This document shows, piece after piece, positions 10,125-18,774 of a stretch of DNA of 64,000 nucleotides. The number at the start of each line of letters is the position of its first letter. Position 1 is the stretch's first letter. The notes beneath the pieces were generated by a model. It saw nothing but the letters and a program-made list of their open reading frames with translations. It was not told the origin of the DNA and searched no databases. The DNA is from an uncultured virus (IMG/VR IMGVR_UViG_3300031521_000020) (Duplodnaviria; Heunggongvirae; Uroviricota; Caudoviricetes), in the IMG/VR virus record IMGVR_UViG_3300031521_000020; one strand, given 5' to 3'. The position numbers were made by a program, and so were the translations under genes.

Positions 10125-10170
10125 AAATGGCTACTGAAATATAAAATTTTCGGTAGCCATTTATTTTTTT
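10125..10170 (+). terminator. Rho-independent terminator
   Basis: AAATGGCTACTGAAA..TTTCGGTAGCCATTT then T-rich tail. Confidence 0.8.
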
Positions 10171-10175
10171 ATTAT

Positions 10176-10295
10176 TGTTGGTAAAACCCAACGTTAAATA
10201 TGATTTTTGGTGTTAATGTTGGGTTAAACCAATGTTATTATCAACATATTTGCATTGTTATCATATGCTGTGATAATGGTGCAAAAACTATGATA
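10176..10295. repeat. Two long imperfect hairpins between convergent genes
   Basis: 10176-10234 and 10249-10285 inverted repeats. Confidence 0.65.
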
Positions 10296-11720
10296 TTATA
10301 GGTATTTATTTATTAATTCCAATGCTTCATCTTTTGTTAAATCTGGATTTTCATACCAGGCATCTTGAATAACATCTAATAGTTCACCCATAAAAGGTGA
10401 TGGCTTAACACCTAATCCAATTAGGTCACTCCCATTAATTGGTAAGTTTCTATTTGAATTATTTATTTTAGAAGATAAATTATCAATTCTATCTCTAAGA
10501 ATACCTATTTGATTAGGCATTGATGCTTCAGCTGTATGCGATATATTATCGGCGTGAATCAAGTCCAAAACCTGTTCGATATTATCACCAACAGTAGCTT
10601 TAAACTTTCGTAATGTTTTATCTAATAATTTATTTCCGTCATCACCGCCTTGTTTTAAATACATATGATTTTTAACTCCGCAAGCAACTATATCGATTAT
10701 ATCATTAGAATATTTTAAACGACTCATTATAGATCGCACTAATACTTCACTTTCTTTCTCATGCCCCAAGAAATGAACTTCACCATTTTCGTCTATCGTT
10801 TTAGTAATAACCTTACCAATATCATGAAATAAAGCCATTAACCTTGTTTCCAAAACAGGAGGAGTATTATCCAGTACAGACATAGTATGTCCGAATACAT
10901 CATTAATATGATATTTATTTTGTTTCATCCCAATAGTAGGGATTAACTCTTCAACAATATAAGGTAATAGCCCAGTAACTTTCAATAACCGAATACCTTT
11001 AGCTGGATTATCAAATAATAATATTTTATTTAATTCGTCAGAAATACGTTCATTTGAAATATTATTTAACAAATATGCATTGTTTCTCATTACACGAATA
11101 GTATCTAAATCCAACTTGAAATTATATTTAACTGTAAACCGAACTGCGCGAAGCATTCTTAACCCATCCTGTTTAAATATTTCATCTGCATTTGATGTTG
11201 TTCGGATGATACCATTTTTAATATCATCGATACCATAACCAGTTAAATCAAGTATTTCATTTGTTGAAACATTTTTTAGTAAAGAGTTGATTGTCAGATC
11301 ACGACGAGAAACATCCACCTTTAAATCACCACCTACCACATCTGGTTTTCTTGAGTTAATATTATTATATGCTTCAGCCCTTGGAGCAACAAATTCTAAA
11401 TCAATATTTGGTAAATTGAATACATTGTTATTTAAAGATAATTTTGAAGTTCCAAAACGTGGATAAATAACAGGATTTGAGTCCTCTTTATAATTGCCCA
11501 ACTTGTTAGCAAGCCAAAATGAAAAGTTAATACCAGCATTGATATCTCCGTTAACTACAAAGTCAAGATCTTTAGCTGCCTTTCCCATCAACTCATCTCT
11601 CACTGCCCCGCCCGCCAAATAGATATTATTATCGTATTCGGTTCCAGCTATAAGATTTTTTAGGAAATCCAAGACTTCTTGTTCAAGTGTTCCTTCGGTT
11701 AAAACTTTTTTAATACTCAT
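10296..11720 (-). CDS. CCA-adding / poly(A) polymerase class II nucleotidyltransferase with HD domain
   Basis: GGAVRD, DLD, RRDLTIN, D.LRMLRAVRF, ISNERI, HDIGK, INGSDL. Confidence 0.92.
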   Translation of the reverse strand: MSIKKVLTEGTLEQEVLDFLKNLIAGTEYDNNIYLAGGAVRDELMGKAAKDLDFVVNGDINAGINFSFWLANKLGNYKEDSNPVIYPRFGTSKLSLNNNVFNLPNIDLEFVAPRAEAYNNINSRKPDVVGGDLKVDVSRRDLTINSLLKNVSTNEILDLTGYGIDDIKNGIIRTTSNADEIFKQDGLRMLRAVRFTVKYNFKLDLDTIRVMRNNAYLLNNISNERISDELNKILLFDNPAKGIRLLKVTGLLPYIVEELIPTIGMKQNKYHINDVFGHTMSVLDNTPPVLETRLMALFHDIGKVITKTIDENGEVHFLGHEKESEVLVRSIMSRLKYSNDIIDIVACGVKNHMYLKQGGDDGNKLLDKTLRKFKATVGDNIEQVLDLIHADNISHTAEASMPNQIGILRDRIDNLSSKINNSNRNLPINGSDLIGLGVKPSPFMGELLDVIQDAWYENPDLTKDEALELINKYL

Positions 11721-12814
11721 CTTATTAGTTTATTTTTAAATTGTTTCTTAATTTCAGTCATTTGGTCATTCGTCCCAAAAATCAATTTATTTAGGACATC
11801 TTTGTAATTAGATGAAATCCTATTATCAAGTTCGGAGTATACCATTGGTAAATATTCCTTCAATATACTTGGGACTGCGAAATAATGCATAAAATTTTCG
11901 GCAAACACCTCACTATGTTTACCAATATAATAGGAGCTACTGGCGTAAGTGATTGTTTTTGCATAACCCTCGTATTCACCTGAGATTCTGTGATCAAAAT
12001 GGTGGCCAATCTCATGTATTAATGTATCAAGATCGATTATATTAGGTACTGTTATAATGCCAGCAACGTAATCAGCAAAATTACCTGGGCCGCCATCATA
12101 TTCCCTTCTCTCAACTTTAAAATCAAAAATTTTTGATAGGTATTCAACATCCTCAACACTTGCAATTTTACCAGAAAGTTTCATAGCTGGAAATTCTCTT
12201 AATTGGAATATTCTATAGGCATATTTAACATAATTATCAAAGCTCATAAAATCATTCTTCTCTTTAATATTTTCTAAACTTGCATTATCTATAAATGACT
12301 GGTCCAAATCAACCGAATCGTAATCTATACCAAATTTATCTTTTAATACTTGTTTATATTTTCCATATCTTTCATTATTTGGATCTATTGAAATAATATC
12401 AATATACTGTTGTGCTTCCTCGTTATCCGATTCGAACCGAGATTCATTTATAGTTAACAACCCACTAAATTTATTAAAATTTTCTTTCATTTCAGTTAAA
12501 CCCTCCGATTTTTCACCATCAAGTTCCTTTTGCGCCCAATTTTTTGGTTTCGAAGCTGTATAATAATCCAAGTTTTCTATTAAATGTTGTAATGCAATTA
12601 TTTTCTGGAACTGAGTGTCCTCTAACGTATGCTCACGCTCTATTTGCTGCCCTATTTTGAGACTTTTTAATACATCCTTATCATCTACGTCATTTAACTC
12701 CGCAATGAGCGATATAGCCTTTGAAATCATTTTTTCAATATAGACCTGGTGAACTCCATTCTTCTTTGAATTAAAAATCGAATATAAGTAGTCAACTATT
12801 TCTTCTTTTGTCAT
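11717..12814 (-). CDS. DUF5661-like domain + HExxH zinc metallopeptidase-like protein
   Basis: GQQIEREHT..IALQHL.E..DYY; IHEIGH...YA...EVFAE; start set at ATG 12814 downstream of the TATTTATA motif. Confidence 0.65.
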   Translation of the reverse strand: MTKEEIVDYLYSIFNSKKNGVHQVYIEKMISKAISLIAELNDVDDKDVLKSLKIGQQIEREHTLEDTQFQKIIALQHLIENLDYYTASKPKNWAQKELDGEKSEGLTEMKENFNKFSGLLTINESRFESDNEEAQQYIDIISIDPNNERYGKYKQVLKDKFGIDYDSVDLDQSFIDNASLENIKEKNDFMSFDNYVKYAYRIFQLREFPAMKLSGKIASVEDVEYLSKIFDFKVERREYDGGPGNFADYVAGIITVPNIIDLDTLIHEIGHHFDHRISGEYEGYAKTITYASSSYYIGKHSEVFAENFMHYFAVPSILKEYLPMVYSELDNRISSNYKDVLNKLIFGTNDQMTEIKKQFKNKLIR

Positions 12815-12836
12815 AATAATGATTGGTATATGTTTA

Positions 12837-12844
12837 TATAAATA
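12837..12844 (-). promoter_or_regulatory. TATTTATA putative phage promoter motif
   Basis: 22 nt upstream of ATG 12814, just after a terminator. Confidence 0.5.
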
Positions 12845-12856
12845 GTCATGAAATAG

Positions 12857-12884
12857 AAAAAGATACCTTTTTAGGGTATCTTTT
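12857..12884 (-). terminator. Rho-independent terminator
   Basis: AAAAGATACC..GGTATCTTTTT. Confidence 0.7.
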
Positions 12885-12885
12885 G

Positions 12886-12917
12886 CAAATGTAGTGGAAA
12901 TTTTTAATTTCGACAAA
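12886..12917 (-). promoter_or_regulatory. Bacteroidetes-type promoter
   Basis: TTTG-N20-TACATTTG. Confidence 0.7.
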
Positions 12918-12931
12918 TAAATTAACTTATG

Positions 12932-14407
12932 TTATGTTATTATTGATTCATATGGGTTAATTGGTAATATATCCTTAGAAAATAATTCAGTGCTCCAACG
13001 TCTACCCATTCTATATTCAGAATTCTCAACTAATATAAATTGTTCTTTATTATAACAATTCAATAACGTATCATTATATACCCAAATAGCTTCAATTTTA
13101 TTTATTTCCCCATTTGATTTTGATTTTAATGCTCCCATTCTTATATTTAATTTTCTTGATGTTATTCCAATTTTATAATATTTACCATCATTAATTTTTA
13201 AATAATACAATATAGCAGGTTTTTCCCCAATTTTGGGATTTTCAATAAATATTGTTGAGTTATAACCCCCAACTAATTTATTATCTTTAATCAATTGTTC
13301 AATTCCACATTCAATACACCCTTGTCCCGATAAATGTTTTTGAGCTGATTTTGTAAATATCCCGTGCTCAGGACAACATATTTTAATTTTACTTTTTTTA
13401 TTTTTATAAATTTTTTCGTTTTCTATTGGATATGTATATTTATCCCCATGTACGATTTTAATTTGTTCTATAGCATTAGCATAAGATTTTGTTCTATTTT
13501 TTGCCGAACTTTCCTTACCGCATTTGGGGCATCCACAGGTATTATTTAATAAAATTAAATTTCTGGCAATAGTCTCAAAATTACCATGTTCTGGACAATA
13601 AGCCAAAATATTGGTTTTAGTAAGTCCATGCCATTCTCCTATTAACTTTAATGTTAATCTATCCCCATGTTTATCAAAAACCCTTTTTTTTAAATCATCA
13701 AAGCTTACAGGTGGTTTAGGTTTTCTATTTTTGATCGATTTATAAGCTGAAGATCTATTTTCACTCCAGCATTCCATACAACCATATTTACTATTTAAAT
13801 GTTTATCTGGTGATTGTGAAAATACTCCGTGTTCTGGGCAAATTATATCAACATGTATTTTTGCTGATATATATTCTACTAAAGAATAATCAAATTTATT
13901 ACCATGTTTTTTAACTGCATTTTCTATAAATTTTTGTTTTTCTGTTTCATTTTTATGATCTGTTTCTTTATGAATTTCTTTAAATGAAAAAGCATAACAC
14001 GATGGACACGGATACTCGGCGTTTAAATGATTTGTTGGTGATTGCTCAAATACTCCATGTTCTGGACATATAATTTTTACTTTTGTTTTGTAGTGTTGAT
14101 AGTCAACCAAGGAATAGTCAAACTTATTATTATGTTTTAAATTTGCATTATTAATAAAAATATCTTTTTCAATAATTCTTGATTTTTTATTTTTATCATC
14201 AATAGCACATTTTGGGCATCCAAAGATATATCTTAAATGATGAGTTGGCGTTTGGGTAAAAATTCCATGATCTGGACAGATAATATCTACTGGAATTTTA
14301 GCTGTTTTAAAATTAACCAAAGAATAGTCAAATTTATTATCATATTTTAAATTTGCATTCTTAATAAACGTTGCTTTTCTAATTTCTATATTATTACTTC
14401 TGGGCAT
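12932..14407 (-). CDS. Homing-endonuclease-like protein: 5 CPxHG (DUF723-like) repeats + GIY-YIG/T5orf172-like C-terminus
   Basis: Repeats KH..KFDYSLV.Y.....V.IICP.HG.F.Q.P..HL...GC..C; LYY...YKIGIT..R...E...STELF. Confidence 0.8.
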   Translation of the reverse strand: MPRSNNIEIRKATFIKNANLKYDNKFDYSLVNFKTAKIPVDIICPDHGIFTQTPTHHLRYIFGCPKCAIDDKNKKSRIIEKDIFINNANLKHNNKFDYSLVDYQHYKTKVKIICPEHGVFEQSPTNHLNAEYPCPSCYAFSFKEIHKETDHKNETEKQKFIENAVKKHGNKFDYSLVEYISAKIHVDIICPEHGVFSQSPDKHLNSKYGCMECWSENRSSAYKSIKNRKPKPPVSFDDLKKRVFDKHGDRLTLKLIGEWHGLTKTNILAYCPEHGNFETIARNLILLNNTCGCPKCGKESSAKNRTKSYANAIEQIKIVHGDKYTYPIENEKIYKNKKSKIKICCPEHGIFTKSAQKHLSGQGCIECGIEQLIKDNKLVGGYNSTIFIENPKIGEKPAILYYLKINDGKYYKIGITSRKLNIRMGALKSKSNGEINKIEAIWVYNDTLLNCYNKEQFILVENSEYRMGRRWSTELFSKDILPINPYESIIT

Positions 14408-14543
14408 TTAAATCGTTTTTCATCAAACTTATTATTCTCTTAGATAATGTATACCCATTATCATCACAAAAGTTTTTATACTTCTCTTTAAAGTCAACAC
14501 TTGTTCTGATCACGAAGTGTGTGTTTTTTAATTGTTTATCCAT
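14394..14543 (-). CDS. Ribbon-helix-helix small DNA-binding protein (49 aa, not in ORF track)
   Basis: MDKQLKNTHFVIRTSVDFKEKYKNFCDDNGYTLSKRIISLM; overlaps the nuclease start by 14 nt. Confidence 0.7.
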   Translation of the reverse strand: MDKQLKNTHFVIRTSVDFKEKYKNFCDDNGYTLSKRIISLMKNDLNAQK

Positions 14544-14572
14544 ATTTGTTTTTGTTGGTACGATTATTTTAA

Positions 14573-14580
14573 TATAAATA
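14573..14580 (-). promoter_or_regulatory. TATTTATA putative phage promoter motif
   Basis: 29 nt upstream of RHH start, after terminator. Confidence 0.45.
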
Positions 14581-14625
14581 CATAAAATATTAATAAAATA
14601 TCATATTTTCCTGAATTATTTTAAT

Positions 14626-14660
14626 AAAAAAAAGAGTTTACCAGTTAAGATAAACTCTCC
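14626..14660 (-). terminator. Rho-independent terminator
   Basis: GAGTTTATC..GGTAAACTC + T run. Confidence 0.75.
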
Positions 14661-14678
14661 CATTATTTTTATTTATAG

Positions 14679-16346
14679 TTACGCTTTATTTATCTTTTCC
14701 CGAATTTCTGTTAAAGTTGTCCTTGAGATAAACTCTCCATTTTCAAAGATGAGTTTTAATTCGCCTTGTCCTTCCTCTTCCCACGTACATTCATTTTTCA
14801 ACTTATATGACCCATCAGAATCTTTATAAACTTGAAGTAAACCTTTAGCTGACTTTTTTAGCCCACGGTCTGTAACTGGATCTTTAAATATATTAACTCC
14901 AATTGTTTCAATCTCATTTGTTAAATCATTTATTTTTTCGATTTCGATAAATGTGGATTTTACAGCCCCTCCTTGATTATCGCGTGTACAGTAACCCATT
15001 GAAAATGATCCAGTTCCAAGCGTTATATTAGTAGTCGCAAAGCCTTTTTCTTTTAGTCTCTTACATATTTGTTCTGCCCTGTCCAGTGTAATGGCATCTC
15101 CGTAAACGCACCCGATAAATTTTGAAAGAACTTTAAAACCTTGATCATTTATATTACCTCCAAATATATCCCAAAGTAATTCAACTAACCCTTTATTCTC
15201 AGATATTGGTTCTATTTGGTTCCATGTACAATCAAGATATCCAAATCCTTTTGGTGTAAGTTCAAAATACACTTTATCAGATGTAACAATAAATTTAGCC
15301 CCATCTTTATTCTCATGAATATTCATTAAAGTGTAAACTTCTTTATGTGCTTCTGAATCAATAACTAAATCAGATGATTTAAAATCTACTTGGTATGCGT
15401 TTCCACAGATAATATCCACTGGATTCCCCGAATCAGGGCGGATAATTAACTTACCATCACGAGCAAGAATTGATTCTTTTAATTCTGGTAAAAATTTTGT
15501 CACAACTTGCCAAAGATCATATTGGTCTGATACTACAGATAATAATCCAGTTGGGAATATTTTGATAAGCCTTTTAAACCCATCTATCTCATTTTCTTTT
15601 CCATAGGATGTCATACAGCTATGTTCAGAGGCTGGTATACTGAATCCAATATTCCTATCACCATAATAATAAGCTACCGATTGTAATGCTGGAATAGTAT
15701 CAGTTCCCCAAAATGAGGTTAAAAATCCCATACTTGAACTAATTGCAGCTTCAGGATGTTGCATTCCGCGAAAACTGAAATCGTGGGCTTGAAAGTTTAC
15801 TCCAAATAAATTTTCTTTATCAGTTTCTTCAGCATTTTTTAGTAAAATTTGTTTATAAGCATAAGCCATAGATGCAGAGTGTATAGTTTTCCAAATTAAA
15901 CTAGAAACTAAGGTCTCAAGAAAATTAGTTAGCCAAAAGAAATCAGGGTGAGTATTACATATTGTTAGCATTGGGATATTTTCTCCAATTATAGTACCTT
16001 CTGGTAAAGCTTTAACCCTGATTGGTAAATAGCCTAAATCATATAATTTTTCAAAATGTGTAACATCAAAATCAGTACTAAGATATTGTGATAAAAATTC
16101 TTTAGCCTCACCAATTACTTTTTCTTTTGGTTGTCCAAAAAAATTGTTGTCATATAAGTCTTTAATATATTGGATCGTATATTGAATACCGAATACAACT
16201 ATTTTCTTTGCCTGATCTGGCATTCTGGCTACATTTCTGGTAGTATAGTTAGAATATACTAAACTGGTACCTTCGGTGTACATTTTTACATGAGAAGTCT
16301 TGTATCCATCTTCCATTAGAAGAGGATTTTGAATTAATTTTGTCAT
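14679..16346 (-). CDS. Nicotinamide phosphoribosyltransferase-like protein (Namat-like, NARP1)
   Basis: DGYKTSH, HDFSFRG, PASEHS, SVVSD.YD, IRPDSG, YGDAIT, G.GS, TRD, KDPVTD..KKSAKG. Confidence 0.92.
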   Translation of the reverse strand: MTKLIQNPLLMEDGYKTSHVKMYTEGTSLVYSNYTTRNVARMPDQAKKIVVFGIQYTIQYIKDLYDNNFFGQPKEKVIGEAKEFLSQYLSTDFDVTHFEKLYDLGYLPIRVKALPEGTIIGENIPMLTICNTHPDFFWLTNFLETLVSSLIWKTIHSASMAYAYKQILLKNAEETDKENLFGVNFQAHDFSFRGMQHPEAAISSSMGFLTSFWGTDTIPALQSVAYYYGDRNIGFSIPASEHSCMTSYGKENEIDGFKRLIKIFPTGLLSVVSDQYDLWQVVTKFLPELKESILARDGKLIIRPDSGNPVDIICGNAYQVDFKSSDLVIDSEAHKEVYTLMNIHENKDGAKFIVTSDKVYFELTPKGFGYLDCTWNQIEPISENKGLVELLWDIFGGNINDQGFKVLSKFIGCVYGDAITLDRAEQICKRLKEKGFATTNITLGTGSFSMGYCTRDNQGGAVKSTFIEIEKINDLTNEIETIGVNIFKDPVTDRGLKKSAKGLLQVYKDSDGSYKLKNECTWEEEGQGELKLIFENGEFISRTTLTEIREKINKA

Positions 16347-16374
16347 TTTATTTTAGTTTTTTTATAATTTTAAT

Positions 16375-17331
16375 TTAATAATTAGATAATAATTTACTTG
16401 GGTGAACTGAGTTCACGCCGATTGATTTATATTTTTCAAGCACTTGGTGGTCATCATCAACAACCATACAATCACATACATTTAACTTAAGTTTTTTAAT
16501 TAGCTGTTGTAGAAATACGTGTTTGTACTTACGGTTTCCAACAAAGTATATGTTTTCCATTTTGATAAAATTTGCATTCCAATAAAGCCATTCCATTTTT
16601 TCGTTATTAGCAATACTATTTGGGGAAGCGCTGACAACATAAATTTCTTTACCGCTATCAGATAGTTTTTTAATTTTTTCAATAACTTCTTTTACTGGTT
16701 TCCCTTTCAGGAAAACCGAATATTGAACGAAGTCAATATTACCATATGTATCAGCTTGTAAATTCTGATATTCAGCAAGGGTTCCGTCCAAATCCACAAA
16801 TATATGACTGTCAGTGAAGTAGTCAACCTGTTCAAACTCATCCGCTAACAGTTTTAATTTCACAACAGATACTTGTAGTTTATATGCCTTATCAATGATA
16901 GCATCGGCTTTTACAAAACGTTCACCATATTCATACCTATATTGGTTTCTTTCAATACATACTTCAACTGGTGTATTGATAAAAACAACCTTGATATGAT
17001 AATCTAACTTTTTTAATTCAGCAATGATATTAACAGTATAGTTATTATTAATACCACCACCATCCATAACCAAATTGAATCCTCTTTCAGCAACTTCAAA
17101 CACCTTTTCTTTTGCCAATTTCACACATTCTTCATGAATTAACTCTGGGTGTTCTGGGTCATAGTCTGGATGATTTAATCTAATTTCATCTGCTGAAACC
17201 AATACATATTGGTTTTCTTGCAAAATAAAAATTTTACCTAGTGAACAGCTGTTAACAACTGAAAGTTTGGATTCTATAAGTTTAGTTTTCCCACTTCCTG
17301 GCAATCCAAGCATAAATATTGCTTCTTTCAT
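16375..17331 (-). CDS. P-loop (AAA_33) kinase fused to HAD phosphatase (PNK/phosphatase-like)
   Basis: GLPGSGKT, CIERN..R lid; FVDLDGT, VVSA, VDDD. Confidence 0.8.
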   Translation of the reverse strand: MKEAIFMLGLPGSGKTKLIESKLSVVNSCSLGKIFILQENQYVLVSADEIRLNHPDYDPEHPELIHEECVKLAKEKVFEVAERGFNLVMDGGGINNNYTVNIIAELKKLDYHIKVVFINTPVEVCIERNQYRYEYGERFVKADAIIDKAYKLQVSVVKLKLLADEFEQVDYFTDSHIFVDLDGTLAEYQNLQADTYGNIDFVQYSVFLKGKPVKEVIEKIKKLSDSGKEIYVVSASPNSIANNEKMEWLYWNANFIKMENIYFVGNRKYKHVFLQQLIKKLKLNVCDCMVVDDDHQVLEKYKSIGVNSVHPSKLLSNY

Positions 17332-18155
17332 AGTTTTAAATTAAATATTTTTACTCGTTCATTTTCAATATTACATCTGCTGTCAGTTGTAAATATCATT
17401 TCAAATTCTTTTAATAAGTCTTCAACTGGATCACTAAAACCACCGTTATTTAAAACTCCGTGAGAAATTGCTAGATAACACTTGTTTTTAATCTGTGTTT
17501 TTATTTTCAAAAATGTTCGGCCACCCAAAGCAATATCATCTAAAATCAAAACAGTTTTATTTTCATCAAATACAGGAACTTTTGTTGTAATTTCACCATT
17601 ATCTCTGGATTTTGAACACGACTCAATTTGTCCTTGAAAATTAATTTTCTTACATAATTTAAATATTTTTTTGTAAGAACCAGCATCGGTTGCGAGAATG
17701 ATCATATCTTGTTCAGCAATGTCATTCTTGTTTAAAATATAATCTAAAACATTCTCAACGAATTCCGAATTATCAATCACCTCACAATTATTTAATAATG
17801 CTGGAGTAACCTCCGAATGAGGATCGAAGACATACACTTTATTTAATTCCATCGAATTAATTAAGTTACAAACAGTTTTCAGGCTGAAACATTCGCCAAC
17901 ACCAAAATTTCTATCCGCTTGTTGATATGCCATATATGGAATAAACAAATTTATTTTAACACGATTATTATCTTTTTTAATTGTATCAACAACCAATAAT
18001 AGAAACATAATATCATCTGAAGATTTTAAATTCGCTTTTATTGTTATATCTTCAATAATTCTAATTTTTAATTGAAAATGAATTTCACCTCCTGGAAATT
18101 TCCAAGCCTTATACTGCAAATTCTCGCAGATCCCGTTCGTTAAATCTAATACCAT
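17328..18155 (-). CDS. Ribose-phosphate pyrophosphokinase-like protein (Adps-like, NARP1)
   Basis: FPGGE, PY..YQQADR, DPHS, TDAG, ILDDIALGGRTF, SHG. Confidence 0.9.
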   Translation of the reverse strand: MVLDLTNGICENLQYKAWKFPGGEIHFQLKIRIIEDITIKANLKSSDDIMFLLLVVDTIKKDNNRVKINLFIPYMAYQQADRNFGVGECFSLKTVCNLINSMELNKVYVFDPHSEVTPALLNNCEVIDNSEFVENVLDYILNKNDIAEQDMIILATDAGSYKKIFKLCKKINFQGQIESCSKSRDNGEITTKVPVFDENKTVLILDDIALGGRTFLKIKTQIKNKCYLAISHGVLNNGGFSDPVEDLLKEFEMIFTTDSRCNIENERVKIFNLKL

Positions 18156-18184
18156 TATTTTATTTATTTTAAATTATTATTTTT

Positions 18185-18577
18185 TTAAACTAAACATGGC
18201 TTAATCCATGATTTTTCTTCATCATCTTTGATATATATTATTTCAGATTTACCTAAATGTGTTACAACCTCATAGTAATCTGTGTTTATATTTGTTATAT
18301 ATTTTTTAGCTTCCAACGTAATAGCAAAAAAACAATCGACTGGAAACCAATATTCTTTTAAATGTTTTTCATCTTCAATTGAATAAAAACACATCCCACT
18401 TCTAATATATGTTATTTTTAATAAACGAACGCATTCAAATTCACAGTCAAAATAATAAAACTCACCACCAACCTTCAGATATTCTTTTGACATATACTTA
18501 TGTGGCTTTATTTTAATTTTTTTCTCGTCATTAAAAATAAACATCATTTTATCAACATCATTTAAATCTATTTCCAT
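18185..18577 (-). CDS. hypothetical protein
   Basis: ORF in operon; start trimmed to ATG 18577. Confidence 0.65.
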   Translation of the reverse strand: MEIDLNDVDKMMFIFNDEKKIKIKPHKYMSKEYLKVGGEFYYFDCEFECVRLLKITYIRSGMCFYSIEDEKHLKEYWFPVDCFFAITLEAKKYITNINTDYYEVVTHLGKSEIIYIKDDEEKSWIKPCLV

Positions 18578-18590
18578 AACTATTCTGTTT

Positions 18591-18773
18591 TTAAAATGTT
18601 TTTTTGAAATTACAAGTAAAGCGAATAACATCTATCCTATCATGATAATCATCTGTTTTATAATCGGAGCAGTGTTCACAACCAGCAGTATAACCCGCAC
18701 TACCAATAAATTTACCATCCACGTTTGGACATATTTCTGGTGTCCCATAAGGACTTAATTCATATTTTTTCAT
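18591..18773 (-). CDS. hypothetical Cys-containing protein
   Basis: ORF in operon. Confidence 0.6.
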   Translation of the reverse strand: MKKYELSPYGTPEICPNVDGKFIGSAGYTAGCEHCSDYKTDDYHDRIDVIRFTCNFKKTF

Positions 18774-18774
18774 C

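Noticed and set aside
12815..12916. N-terminal extension of ORF 11717-12916
   Set aside because: It spans a promoter, terminator and TATTTATA motif; ATG 12814 is the more plausible start
14679..18155. Classical NadV + NMNAT salvage (NARP2)
   Set aside because: No NMNAT (HxGH) gene in the window; pairing with a PRS-like gene fits NARP1 better, though the rest of the genome is unseen
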